A stretch of DNA of 59,060 nucleotides from Salinisphaeraceae bacterium (GCA_041688215.1 JBDNIO010000084.1:1-59060), one strand, 5' to 3'; counted from the first letter of the stretch, positions 29,246 to 42,234 are shown. The notes: generated by a model not told the origin, from the letters alone. A program made the numbers and translations.

Positions 29246-31150
29246 ATGATTTATCGCACATCCCCCATATTCATTTTTTTAATTCTGTTGCTCCTGCTCG
29301 TTACCGGTTGCAGCCAGCTACCGGCACAATTGTCTCAACCCAGCGAATCACTGGAAACTCAGGCAGCAACACGGCTGGCGCAGGAGGATTATGCGGCGGC
29401 AGCGCAGTTATATCGTTTAGCCGGTGAAAGCGCCTCGGAACCCAGGCGCAGCAAGTTACTACTTGAGGGCGCCGATGCCGCGATTCAGGCGCCCGACCCT
29501 GGGCTGGCAGAGCAATTGCTGGACGGGGTGAATCCGACCGCCCTGGATGCGCGTGGACAAGCGGCATTTGAATTATTGCGGGTCCAGATACGCATTCAGG
29601 GCAAGCCCCCGGCCCAGGCACTGAAGCTATTGCCGCCCCCCAGCAGCGGCAGTCCGCCCAGCGTTGCCGCCAAAATCTGGAAACTGCGTGCGCAATTATT
29701 CGCGCGCAATAACCAGACGGCTGATGCGGTGCACGCACTGGTGCAGCGGGATGTCTGGCTGCTGGACGAGGGCCAGGTTAAAGCCAACGATCAACTGATA
29801 TGGCAACAGTTGCAGCAACAGCCGCCCAATGCCGACACCCAGGCGCCGGCTGGCGATGAAATTACCAGTGGCTGGCTGGCGCTGGCCCGTATCGACAAGG
29901 GAACGCGACCAGATCGCAGTGCACTGAAACAGGAATTGCAGCGCTGGGAACGCCGCTACGCTGACCATCCGGCAAGGCGGCAGATCCTGCCCGAACAATT
30001 TGACTACAAGCCCCCCCAGACAGCCGATACCGCCGGCCAACCCATCGGCCTGGCCTTGCCGCTTACCGGCGATTTCGCCAGTGCCGCCGCCGCGATCCAG
30101 GACGGGTTTCTGGCCGGCTACTACGCCAGCAAGGAGTTGCAATCCGGCGACAATGCATTACCCGCGCTGCGAATTTACGACACCAATACGCTCTCGGACG
30201 CCAATCGTTTGATCGGAAAAACACGCAGCGATGGAATAGGCGTGCTGGTGGGGCCTTTGCAAAAAGGCCTGGCCACCGAACTAGCACAACGCCGCAATCT
30301 TGGAGTGCCGGTTTTGGCGCTCAATTACGTGGAAGGTGCCGTTACCCAAGCCAATTTTTACCAGTTCGGGCTGGCCCCGGAAGACGAAGCCACGGCCGCC
30401 GCCAAGCGCGCCCTGGCCATGGGGTTCACAACAGCCATTGCGCTGGTACCGGAAGGCGAATGGGGCCAACGCGTGCTGGAATCTTTCCGTGACACATTCA
30501 ACTCCACCGGTGGCACGCTCGTTGATTACGCCACCTTCAACCCACAAAATCAGGACCACGCCCAGCCCATAAAGCGGCTCTTGCGATACGGCAGCGCGCC
30601 GGCTCAACCGGTGCAGACCCGGGACAGCGATGCAGACGAACGCAACAGCGAGACCTCACGCCGGCGCGACGTAGACTTCATCTTCATTGCCGCGCAACCA
30701 GCCCAGGCGCGCCAAATCCGGCAGCAGCTGCGCTATTTCTACGCCGCGCGCCTGCCCGTGCTCGCCACTTCACATGTATTCACCGGGGTAGTTAATCCCT
30801 CCAAAGATGGTGACCTGGAAGACCTGATGTTCGCCGACATGCCATGGATAATCGGTGATTCCACGAAAACACGCACGCGCCGCGAGCAAGCCAGGGAGTT
30901 CTGGCCGCAGGTAGACCAGCGCTATCCGCGCCTGTTCGCCATGGGCTATGACGCCTGGTTGCTGGTGGCCCGGCTCAATGCCGGCGACCTGCAAAAAGGT
31001 TTCCTGTTGGAGGGCAATACCGGGGATCTGTATTTACGCGACGCAGGCCGTATCCAGCGTGAGCTGGATTGGGCGCAGTTCCGCAATGGCAAACCCAGAG
31101 CTTTACCGAAACTACAAGCGCCCACGCCAACGCAGCCTGTCGGCTATTAG
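29246..31150 (+). CDS. lpoA: Penicillin-binding protein activator LpoA (LppC family lipoprotein)
   Basis: 634 aa. Lipobox LVTGC, TPR-like N-terminal half, periplasmic-binding-protein-like C-terminal half. Conserved position rsmI | lpoA-yraN-diaA. Confidence 0.85.
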   Translation: MIYRTSPIFIFLILLLLLVTGCSQLPAQLSQPSESLETQAATRLAQEDYAAAAQLYRLAGESASEPRRSKLLLEGADAAIQAPDPGLAEQLLDGVNPTALDARGQAAFELLRVQIRIQGKPPAQALKLLPPPSSGSPPSVAAKIWKLRAQLFARNNQTADAVHALVQRDVWLLDEGQVKANDQLIWQQLQQQPPNADTQAPAGDEITSGWLALARIDKGTRPDRSALKQELQRWERRYADHPARRQILPEQFDYKPPQTADTAGQPIGLALPLTGDFASAAAAIQDGFLAGYYASKELQSGDNALPALRIYDTNTLSDANRLIGKTRSDGIGVLVGPLQKGLATELAQRRNLGVPVLALNYVEGAVTQANFYQFGLAPEDEATAAAKRALAMGFTTAIALVPEGEWGQRVLESFRDTFNSTGGTLVDYATFNPQNQDHAQPIKRLLRYGSAPAQPVQTRDSDADERNSETSRRRDVDFIFIAAQPAQARQIRQQLRYFYAARLPVLATSHVFTGVVNPSKDGDLEDLMFADMPWIIGDSTKTRTRREQAREFWPQVDQRYPRLFAMGYDAWLLVARLNAGDLQKGFLLEGNTGDLYLRDAGRIQRELDWAQFRNGKPRALPKLQAPTPTQPVGY

Positions 31151-31510
31151 GTGGAAACAACCCGCCAGCAAAGCGGCAAAGCGGCTGAGGAAAAAGTGCT
31201 GGTGCGCGCGAAACAGCGTGGGCTTAAGCTGGTAGCGCAGAATTTCCACACCCGCTATGGCGAGCTGGATCTGGTCTTGCGTGACGGGCAAACGCTGGTC
31301 ATTGTGGAAGTGCGCTACCGCGCGCGTGATGATTTCGGCGAAGCTGCGGCCACCGTTACCCAAGCCAAACAGCGCCGCATCGTCGCCGCCACGAAAGGCT
31401 ATATGGCAGCGCATAACCAGTGGCGCGATGCGCCGGTGCGCTTTGATGTGGTCGGCGTGAATGCCGCAGGCGAGTTAAACTGGATTGAACAGGCGTTTTT
31501 GGCAGAATAA
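31151..31510 (+). CDS. yraN: YraN/UPF0102 family endonuclease-like protein
   Basis: 119 aa, GTG start. GELDLVLRDGQTLVIVEVRYR motif. Confidence 0.85.
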   Translation: METTRQQSGKAAEEKVLVRAKQRGLKLVAQNFHTRYGELDLVLRDGQTLVIVEVRYRARDDFGEAAATVTQAKQRRIVAATKGYMAAHNQWRDAPVRFDVVGVNAAGELNWIEQAFLAE

Positions 31511-31526
31511 CCATGATGGCTCTTAA

Positions 31527-32150
<624 letters not shown>

Positions 32151-32154
32151 AACG

Positions 32155-32218
32155 TTAACCACAAAGAACACAAAGGGAAAAGAAACAAACTTTGTGTTCT
32201 TCGTGTTCTTTGTGGTTT
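32155..32218. repeat. TTAACCAC-type palindromic element, likely bidirectional terminator
   Basis: AACCACAAAGAACAC (32157-32171) pairs perfectly with GTGTTCTTTGTGGTT (32203-32217). It lies between the convergent diaA-like and sspB genes. Confidence 0.8.
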
Positions 32219-32264
32219 ATGGGTATTTTCCGCTGCAGCTACAGTACGCTTTTTTAGCGCCTGA

Positions 32265-32684
32265 CTACTTGACTACCTTCAAATGGCTGCGTTTCTTTTT
32301 GGCAGCCTGATCGCTGCTGGAATCGGCATCCGGTGATGTTGCAGGCGGCGGGTCTTCCGGCTCTTCCACTTCCCCAAACAACATGCCCTCGCCGTTCTCA
32401 CGCGCGTACAGCGCCAATACCGCACCCGGCGGCACGCTCACTTGGTAGGGGTGGCCCGAGAAGCGGGCGGAAAAGTGGATTAAATTGTTATCGATTTGCA
32501 GGTCGCGTACCGCGGACGGGCTGACGTTAATCGTAATCTTGCCGTCTTCGGTAACAAACTGGCTCGGTACCGCCACGCCGGGGGCATCGGCAGCCACCAG
32601 CAAATGCGGCGTCAGGTCATTATCCAGAACCCAGTCGTAAATAGCGCGGATCAGATAAGGTCGACGTGAACTAACCGCAGTCAC
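32265..32684 (-). CDS. sspB: Stringent starvation protein B (ClpXP adaptor)
   Basis: 139 aa. RPYLIRAIYDWVLDNDLTPHLLV and an acidic C-terminal tail. Confidence 0.93.
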   Translation of the reverse strand: MTAVSSRRPYLIRAIYDWVLDNDLTPHLLVAADAPGVAVPSQFVTEDGKITINVSPSAVRDLQIDNNLIHFSARFSGHPYQVSVPPGAVLALYARENGEGMLFGEVEEPEDPPPATSPDADSSSDQAAKKKRSHLKVVK

Positions 32685-32686
32685 GA

Positions 32687-33313
32687 TTAATCACGCATCT
32701 CGCTTTCAAGTTCGGTCAGACTGCTGCGGAATGCGGGGCGCTTGAACAGCCGCTCGGCATAATCCTGCAGTTTCTTGCCCTGTTTGGGCGGCAACTGAAT
32801 TTTGTAGTACTCCAGACGCCAGAGGATGGGCGCGAAAGTGCAATCCACCAGGGAAAACTCCTCCCCCACATACGGCCGGGGCGAGAATTCCGCAGCCAGG
32901 GAACCCAGGGTTTCTTTCAGCCTGGAACGCGCCTTGCGCACCTGGGACGCGGTACCGTGCATATCCGGCGAGAGCGAATACATATCCTGCTCCATGCGAA
33001 ACAGGGCCAGGCGATAGCGGGCCCGGGTTACCGGGTCGACCGGCATCAGCGGCGGATGCGGAAAACGTTCGTCGAGGTATTCAATGATAATGCGCGGGTC
33101 ATACAGCACCAGATCACGATCCACCAAGGTCGGCAGGGTGTGGTAGGGATTCAGCTGAACCAGATCGTCGTGGGTCTGGTCTTCGCGCAACTCCACCACG
33201 TCCAGGTTGGTGATGCCTTTTTCTGCCAGCACCAGGCGCACCCGGTGGCTCTTGGGGCACTCCGGGCCGGAAAACAACGTCATCAAGGATCGGCGATTAG
33301 TCACAGTCGCCAT
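32687..33313 (-). CDS. sspA: Stringent starvation protein A (GST-like)
   Basis: MATVTNRRSLMTLFSGP matches the canonical SspA N-terminus. The ORF-track start 33361 is over-extended. Confidence 0.93.
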   Translation of the reverse strand: MATVTNRRSLMTLFSGPECPKSHRVRLVLAEKGITNLDVVELREDQTHDDLVQLNPYHTLPTLVDRDLVLYDPRIIIEYLDERFPHPPLMPVDPVTRARYRLALFRMEQDMYSLSPDMHGTASQVRKARSRLKETLGSLAAEFSPRPYVGEEFSLVDCTFAPILWRLEYYKIQLPPKQGKKLQDYAERLFKRPAFRSSLTELESEMRD

Positions 33314-33447
33314 AGTATTTACTCCGTACCAATCCAGGTCAGAATGACTGGAATGGGGCACTTGGCCGTATTATAAGAATTAAGCACGCTGCCCTGTGTA
33401 GCCGCCGGGCTCATGCTTGTCCTGGCGCGTATTGCACATGCAGGATA

Positions 33448-34197
33448 TTAATGGACGTCCCGCCAGTATTCACGTTTGAGTAACCAGGCCAGCACGGCAA
33501 ACAGCAGCAGGAAGGCGATAACCTTCTTGCCCAGGTCATAGCGCACCATTTTGGCTGGCTCGCCCACATAAACCAGGAAGTTGACGATATCCCCGACGGC
33601 GCGACGATACTCTTCCTCATTCATGCTGCCGGCTTGCACGATCTCGAATTCTGGTTCTGCCGCGCCGTGTCCGCCGGATTCTTCGCCATGGCCTTCTTCA
33701 GGCTGCATGTGCTTCTGATAACCCTGCAAGGGCCACAGCACATGCGGCATAGCTGTGTTTTCCATCACCAGGTTATTCACGCCGGTGCTGGTTTTGTCGT
33801 CCAGGTAAAAAGACAGCAGAAAGCTATATAACCAGTCTGCGCCATTGGGATGCCAGCGCGCAACCAGGGTCAGGTCCGGCGGCGCAGTTCCAAACCAGTC
33901 GGCGGACTTTTCCGGCATGGTGCCGGTAAGCTGGTCATGGATTTTGTCGCGGCTGAGTACCAGGTGCTTTGTCATCATTTCTTCCGGGATGTTCAAATCC
34001 TCGGATATACGCTGGTACCGCATGTACTGCAGGGTATGACAACCCGAGCAATAGTTCATGAACAGCTTGGCCCCGCGTTGCAACGAAGCCTCGTTGCCCA
34101 GATCAGGCGTGTAGTGGAAAGGCACGCTTTCGCCACCGGAAGCCAACACCGCGGCCGGCGCAATTAATACCAGTATAAAAATCAGACGCCGCATCAT
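33448..34197 (-). CDS. petC: Cytochrome c1
   Basis: 249 aa. Signal peptide, heme motif CSGCH, C-terminal TM anchor. Confidence 0.92.
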   Translation of the reverse strand: MMRRLIFILVLIAPAAVLASGGESVPFHYTPDLGNEASLQRGAKLFMNYCSGCHTLQYMRYQRISEDLNIPEEMMTKHLVLSRDKIHDQLTGTMPEKSADWFGTAPPDLTLVARWHPNGADWLYSFLLSFYLDDKTSTGVNNLVMENTAMPHVLWPLQGYQKHMQPEEGHGEESGGHGAAEPEFEIVQAGSMNEEEYRRAVGDIVNFLVYVGEPAKMVRYDLGKKVIAFLLLFAVLAWLLKREYWRDVH

Positions 34198-35408
34198 TCT
34201 GTCACCCTTTCCGGTACGGGCTTGGTCTTATCCAGCTTGCTGTAAAGCGGCATGAGCAGGAAGAACAGGAAGTAGGCAATGGTGCTGATACGCGCCGCGA
34301 TAGTGCGCCATTCGCCCGGCGGTTGTGTGCCCAGGTACCCCAGGGACACAAAGCTGACCGCGAAAATCGCTAGCGCGCCCTTGAATATCCAGCCCTTGTA
34401 ACGTACGGATTTCACCGCGCTACGATCCAGCCATGGCAACACGAACAGAATAAGCACAGCACTGCCCATGATGACAACGCCACCGAGTTTGTCGGGCACG
34501 GCGCGCAACATGGCGTAGAACGGGGTGAAGTACCACACCGGCACGATGTGCTCGGGCGTTACGATCTGGCTGGCCGGGGTAAAGTTGGGCGCTTCCAGGA
34601 AGTAGCCGCCGAAGGTCGGGGCAAAAAACACAATCGCGGCGAATAAAATCAGGAAGACCGCGGTGCCGAAGATGTCCTTCACCGTGTAATAGGGGTGGAA
34701 CGGGATACCATCTTTGGGAATGCCGTCCTCGCCCTTGACCTTCTTGATCTCAATACCATCGGGGTTGTTCGAACCCACATGGTGCAGCGCCATGATATGC
34801 GCCACCACCAGCCCCACCAGCACGAATGGCAGCGCCACCACGTGCAGCGCAAAGAAGCGGTTCAGCGTAGCGTCGGCAATGATGAAATCGCCCTTGATCC
34901 AGGTCGTCAGCGTCTCGCCGATGCCCGGAATGGCGCCAAACAGAGAAATAATCACCTGCGCGCCCCAGTAGGACATATTGCCCCACGGCAACACGTAGCC
35001 CAGGAAGGCCTCGGCCATTAACACCAGATAAATCAGGCAGCCGAATATCCACAACAGTTCGCGCGGCTGACGGTAAGACCCGTACAACAGCGCGCGGAAC
35101 ATATGCAGGTAAACAACAACAAAGAACAGCGACGCGCCGGTGGAATGCATATAGCGTATAAGCCAACCCCACTCCACATCGCGCATGATGTATTCAACCG
35201 AGCCGAAGGCTTCCGCCGCGGACGGCTTGAAGAACATCGCCAGCCAGATGCCGGTAAGCAACTGATTGACCAACACAAACAGCGATAGCGAACCGAAAAA
35301 ATACCAGAAATTGAAATTCTTGGGCGCGTAGTATTCCGCGATGTGCTCGTTCCACAGCTGGGTCGCCGGGAAACGCTCATCAATCCAGCCCATTAACTTG
35401 GAACCCAT
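34194..35408 (-). CDS. petB: Cytochrome b
   Basis: 404 aa polytopic protein with typical cytochrome b sequence (WNFGSL-like FNFWYFFGSL, PEWYF-like VPVWYFTPFY). Confidence 0.95.
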   Translation of the reverse strand: MGSKLMGWIDERFPATQLWNEHIAEYYAPKNFNFWYFFGSLSLFVLVNQLLTGIWLAMFFKPSAAEAFGSVEYIMRDVEWGWLIRYMHSTGASLFFVVVYLHMFRALLYGSYRQPRELLWIFGCLIYLVLMAEAFLGYVLPWGNMSYWGAQVIISLFGAIPGIGETLTTWIKGDFIIADATLNRFFALHVVALPFVLVGLVVAHIMALHHVGSNNPDGIEIKKVKGEDGIPKDGIPFHPYYTVKDIFGTAVFLILFAAIVFFAPTFGGYFLEAPNFTPASQIVTPEHIVPVWYFTPFYAMLRAVPDKLGGVVIMGSAVLILFVLPWLDRSAVKSVRYKGWIFKGALAIFAVSFVSLGYLGTQPPGEWRTIAARISTIAYFLFFLLMPLYSKLDKTKPVPERVTE

Positions 35409-36001
35409 CAGGCCTTCCCTCCGCTTTTAGGATCTACACCGATCTGGATCACATCATCACTAACATAGTGATGCGGCGGCACGGGCATATTCAACGGCGC
35501 AGGCACCCCTTTATATACGCGCCCGGCGATGTCGTACTTGGAACCATGACAGGGGCAGAAAAAGCCAGGGTAAGCCATGGTCTGTGGGCTCGGCTCGACT
35601 TCATAGGTCGGCACGCAACCCAGATGGGTACAAATACTGACCATTACCAGCACATCCGGCTTAATCGAACGCGCCTGATTCTGACAATACTCAGGCTGTT
35701 GCGGTTTCTCGGATTCCGGGTCCAGCAATTCACCGGAGACTGCATCCAGAGTAGCCAGCAATTCATCCGTGCGGCGCAATACCCACACCGGTTTGCCCCG
35801 CCACAGAACGGTAACTTTGGCACCCGGTGCGATTTCGGAAATATTGATTTCAACCGGCGCACCCGAGGCTTTCGCGCGCGCACTCGGTTGCCAGGATTTT
35901 ATAAAAGGTACCGCTACAAACGCCGCGCCGACTCCGCCGACCACTGCGGTGGCTGTAGTCAGAAACCGGCGCTTGCCAGCGTCGACCCCCTGTTCACTCA
36001 T
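35408..36001 (-). CDS. petA: Ubiquinol-cytochrome c reductase Rieske iron-sulfur subunit
   Basis: 197 aa. Rieske boxes CTHLGC and CPCHGS, Tat-like N-terminus GKRRFL. Confidence 0.95.
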   Translation of the reverse strand: MSEQGVDAGKRRFLTTATAVVGGVGAAFVAVPFIKSWQPSARAKASGAPVEINISEIAPGAKVTVLWRGKPVWVLRRTDELLATLDAVSGELLDPESEKPQQPEYCQNQARSIKPDVLVMVSICTHLGCVPTYEVEPSPQTMAYPGFFCPCHGSKYDIAGRVYKGVPAPLNMPVPPHHYVSDDVIQIGVDPKSGGKA

Positions 36002-36208
36002 GCGTCACGTCCTTTAACGAAAGACCTGGTAATGGCCGCCAAAATTATCAATTCTCCGGACAACTGGGGCCCGAATACACGACCGATGTAGCTAACTCGA
36101 TTTGATTCACCCAAAGGACAGGCCTTGATACCTACGCCTGCCCCGGCGCTGCTTTCGCGCGCGGCGGAATTATAGCACAAGCGCCACATTTGGCAGCCCC
36201 GTATTGCC

Positions 36209-37279
36209 TCAAATCAGCCGGGGCATAGCGGCGATTAGCTGATCATTTTCCTGCGGCGCGCCAACGGTAATACGCAGGCAATCAGCCACTTGTGCGTGCG
36301 AGCCGTGCAGGTTTTTTACTAGTATGCCCGCGTCCCTCAACCCGGCATGTATATTCGTAGCCTGGCCTTGCGGCATGCGCAGCAGCAGAAAATTGGCCTG
36401 GCTTGGATAAACCTGTAACCCCGGCAAGGCTTGCAGCGCCGTTTGCAGGCTTGCTCTTTCGGCGCAAATATTCTCCGCCTGACGTAAAAATGCCGGGTAA
36501 TTTTCCAGCGCAAATTCAGCACTGGACTGCGTGAGACTATTAATGTTGTAGGGCAGGCGCACAGGCTCCAGCGCATCAATCCAGGCTGGGGCGCCCACCA
36601 GCAAACCCAGGCGCAATCCCGCCAGACCCAGCTTGGACAGCGTGCGCATGATCAGCAGGCTCTTAAACTCATCCAGAAGATGCAGGCAGTTGTTATCCGC
36701 AAACGGATAATAGGCTTCATCAATCACTACCAGGCCGGGCGCGGCGGCCACGATCTTGCGCAAGGCCGCTTCATCATATGCATTACCGGTCGGGTTATTC
36801 GGTTGCGCAATGATTACCAGCGCCGGTTGCCGCTCCTGTATCTGCGCCAGCGTCGCCTCCACGTCCAGTGAAAAATCCCGCGCCAGCGGCACACCAATGT
36901 ATTCAAGCCCCGCCACCCGGCTGATGAGCCTGAACATGGCAAACCCCGGCTCCGGGGTGAGCAGGCTCGCCCCCGGCCTGGCCAGTGCCAGCATTAACAG
37001 TTGCAGGATTTCATCCGAGCCATTGCCGAGCATGATTGCTGCGTGGTCCGGCAGGTCCATGGCTTTGCGCAATGCGTTCTTCAGCCCTTGTGCACCGGCG
37101 TCCGGGTAGCGGTTGAGCGCCACAGCCTGTAAACGCTCCAGCCAAGCCGGGCGCAATTCAGCCGGAAAAGTGTGCGGATTCTCCATCGCGTCGAGCTTGA
37201 TCAGACCGCGAGAATCGGGAACCTGGTAAGAATCGAGCGCCAGGATTTCCGGGCGCAGCCAGTCGGTAGGGGCGCTCAT
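36209..37279 (-). CDS. hisC: Histidinol-phosphate aminotransferase
   Basis: Class II aminotransferase, PLP-Lys region TLSKLGLAGLRLG, downstream of hisD. Start taken at ATG 37279 (MSAPTDW). The ORF-track GTG 37309 abuts the heptamer repeat. Confidence 0.88.
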   Translation of the reverse strand: MSAPTDWLRPEILALDSYQVPDSRGLIKLDAMENPHTFPAELRPAWLERLQAVALNRYPDAGAQGLKNALRKAMDLPDHAAIMLGNGSDEILQLLMLALARPGASLLTPEPGFAMFRLISRVAGLEYIGVPLARDFSLDVEATLAQIQERQPALVIIAQPNNPTGNAYDEAALRKIVAAAPGLVVIDEAYYPFADNNCLHLLDEFKSLLIMRTLSKLGLAGLRLGLLVGAPAWIDALEPVRLPYNINSLTQSSAEFALENYPAFLRQAENICAERASLQTALQALPGLQVYPSQANFLLLRMPQGQATNIHAGLRDAGILVKNLHGSHAQVADCLRITVGAPQENDQLIAAMPRLI

Positions 37280-37309
37280 CGCCCGCTCGTGTGGCGTGAG
37301 CGCGCCCAC

Positions 37310-37474
37310 GTGAGGGGTGAGGGGTGAGGGGTGAGGCGGAAAGAACGCGTCGTAGCGGCTTCGAAGGTACCTGAATTACGTAGGTGGTTAGCACAATTTG
37401 TTCTGGCCTGAGCGCAACAACCCACCGCAAAACCAACCGCCTCACGCCTCACGCCTCACCCCTCTCGCCTCACG
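37310..37474. repeat. Palindromic element with heptamer-periodic arms
   Basis: Left arm (GTGAGGG)x3-GTGAGGC-GG at 37310-37339. Right arm CCGCCTCACG-CCTCACG-CCTCACC-CCTCTCG-CCTCACG at 37437-37474. The centre is about 97 nt of unique sequence. Confidence 0.85.
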
Positions 37475-37484
37475 CACATCCGCC

Positions 37485-38784
37485 TTACCCCTCACGCTTA
37501 CCACGTAACTCAGCCGATAACGCGTGCGCTTCCAGCCCTTCACCGTGCGCCAAGGTGGCGGCAATCGGCGCCAGATACCGCGCACCGGCAGGGCTGGCGT
37601 GGATAACGCTAATACGTTTCTGGAAGTCGTAAACGCCCAAGGGCGAGGAGAAACGTGCGGTGCGCCCGGTGGGGAGTACGTGATTCGGTCCGGCGCAATA
37701 ATCCCCGAAAGCTTCGGGGCTGTTAGCGCCCAAAAAAACCGCGCCGGCGTGACGAATATCATCGAGCAGGATTTCCGGCCGGGTCACCGCCAGCTCCAGA
37801 TGCTCGGGCGCCATCTGGTTGGACAATTCCAGGGCTTCGTCGAGATCGCGTACTTTAATGAGCGCGCCGCAGGCCGCTAGAGAGGCCTTGATAATTTCTG
37901 CCCGCGCCTGATGCGGCAGCAGGCGATCAATGGCCGCGGCCACTGCGTCGATATAGTCCTGATCCGGACACATCAACAATGCGCGCGCTTCCTGATCGTG
38001 CTCGGCCTGGGCGCATAAATCCATCGCCGCCCATTCCGGGTCCGCGCTGCCATCGGCGATGATCAGCACTTCGGACGGCCCGGCGATGGATTCAATCCCG
38101 ACCTGGCCAAAAACCTGGCGCTTGGCGGCCGCCACATAGGCATTACCCGGCCCCACGATCTTGTCCACCATGGGCACGCTTTCGGTACCGTAGGCCAAAG
38201 CCGCCACGGCCTGCGCGCCGCCGATGGCAAACATCACATCAACCCCGGCCAGGCTGGCTGCGGCCAGTACCAGCGGACTTACCTCGCCGCCGGGTGCGGG
38301 TGAAGTCATCACGATTTCGCCCACACCGGCAACCTTTGCCGGAATAGCATTCATCAATACGGTAGACGGATACGCCGCCTTGCCGCCGGGCACATATATG
38401 CCGGCACGATCCAGCGGGCGCACGGCCTGGCCCAGCGTATTGCCGTGATCATCCTCAAACGACCAGGATTCGAGTTTCTGGCATTCGGCGTAATCCTGCA
38501 GGCGCCGGGCGGCCTGCTTGAGCGCATCGCGCTGCGCGGCGGGAATTTCCTTTAGCGCCGCCTGCATCCGGTCTTTACCGATGCGTACATCGCCCATGGA
38601 ATCGACGACGCGATTATCCAGTTCGCGTGTGTAATCCAGCACTGCGGCGTCGCCGCGTTCGCGCACCTGGGCGATAATTTCGGCAACCCGCGTGCGCACC
38701 TCGGTGTCCCGATTCACGTCGTAATCTATGAGTGCCGCGTACACTTGAGCAAAGTCGGGTTGCGCGCTGTCCAGCCGTTTGATA

Positions 38785-38792
<8 letters not shown>
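37485..38792 (-). CDS. hisD: Histidinol dehydrogenase
   Basis: 435 aa from MADIKRLDS (ATG 38792). Typical HisD sequence throughout. Confidence 0.95.
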
Positions 38793-40966
<2,174 letters not shown>

Positions 40967-41069
40967 GTTCTGAATGCCTTGAAATGACCAAAAAGTGGCG
41001 TGAAATGCTACCACGGCGAGCGCCAAGGGCGTATAGGAAACCTGAAATATCGTGTGTTCCCGTTAAAGA

Positions 41070-41405
41070 TTAACCACAAAGGACACGAAGGACGCAAAGG
41101 TAAAAGAAGGAATTTTTTATAAAGAACTGACTGTCAGGCTGAATCAGGTCCTGGCGATGTCGTGCTACATATCATTTAAATTTCAGCTTTTCAAAAACCA
41201 CAGAGGCGCGCACAGGCGCACTGAGGTCTTGTTCGTCTTAAAGCCTTTCCTCTGTGTGCCTCTGCGCGCCTCCGTGTTCATAATCAAATGTTGGTTTAAA
41301 GCTAATAATCAGGAGCACACCCAGGAGTGACTGAGTCATCGTTAGAGCCACTTACTAAAGAAACTACGCGTCCTCTGCGTCTTCACTTTGCGCACTTTGC
41401 GTTAA
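41070..41405. repeat. Cluster of periodic-arm repeat units in a 406-bp spacer
   Basis: TTAACCACAAAGGACACGAAGGACGCAAAGG (41070-41100). An imperfect hairpin pairs AACCACAGAGGCGCGCACAGGCGCACTGAGG (41196-41226) with CCTCTGTGTGCCTCTGCGCGCCTCCGTGTT (41249-41278). A reverse-oriented unit CGCGTCCTCTGCGTCTTCACTTTGCGCACTTTGCGTTAAG lies at 41367-41405. Confidence 0.75.
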
Positions 41406-41432
41406 GTTTTTTGATCCTCAATTCACGTCCGC

Positions 41433-42194
41433 TCACGTGCGTATTTTATAGCCACTGCGCAGCATCAGCACGCATACTGTAGATACCGCCACGAAGAAGC
41501 TGGCCACCACCGCCAGAGACAATAACGGTGATGCATCGCCCACACCGAAAAAGCCCTGACGAAAGCCGTCAATCATGTAAAAGAACGGGTTGTAGTGCGA
41601 TGCGCCGCGCCAGAAATCCGGTAGGGAATGTATGGAATAAAACACGCCGGACAAAAACGAAAGCGGCATGATAAAGAAATTCTGAAACGCGGCCAGATGC
41701 TCGAACTTGTCCGCCACAATGCCGGCAATCATGCCCAGAACCGCAGAGGTACCGCCGGAAAATATCAGCATGGCCAGCACCAGCAACGGATGGGTTAGCG
41801 GTACCCGAACGAAGAATTGCGCCACCAGAAATAACGCGACTGCCACCAGTGATGCGCGCAACAGTGCCGCGCCGATATAGGCCAGATATATTTCCAGCGC
41901 CGACAGCGGCGTCATCAGCAAAAACACCAGGTTGCCCATCACCTTGGACTGCGTCAGCGACGACGAGGTATTGGCAAAGGCGTTCTGGATGATACTCATC
42001 ATGATCAGCCCCGGGATCAGAAACGCGGTGTAACTAACGCCGTCATAAACCTGCACGCGGTCTTCGAGAACTTGCCGAAATACCAGCAGATACAGCAGCG
42101 CGGTGATTATCGGCGCGCCCACGGTTTGCCCGAGCACACTGCGAAAACGCCGCACTTCCTTTTTGAACAGGGTGTAACAACCAAACCAGTTCAT
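41433..42194 (-). CDS. ABC-2 type transporter permease (YadH-like)
   Basis: 253 aa with six predicted TM segments. It is paired with the upstream ATPase. Confidence 0.85.
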   Translation of the reverse strand: MNWFGCYTLFKKEVRRFRSVLGQTVGAPIITALLYLLVFRQVLEDRVQVYDGVSYTAFLIPGLIMMSIIQNAFANTSSSLTQSKVMGNLVFLLMTPLSALEIYLAYIGAALLRASLVAVALFLVAQFFVRVPLTHPLLVLAMLIFSGGTSAVLGMIAGIVADKFEHLAAFQNFFIMPLSFLSGVFYSIHSLPDFWRGASHYNPFFYMIDGFRQGFFGVGDASPLLSLAVVASFFVAVSTVCVLMLRSGYKIRT

Positions 42195-42234
42195 TTGTAA
42201 CCCTTGCGCCTGACGCTACTGAGGTAAGAAAGAC

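Noticed and set aside
37310-37474. Tandem short repeats considered as a possible CRISPR array (also 41070-41405 and 42235-42374)
   Set aside because: The units are 7-10 nt without spacers, are arranged as inverted arms of hairpins, and no cas genes are present.
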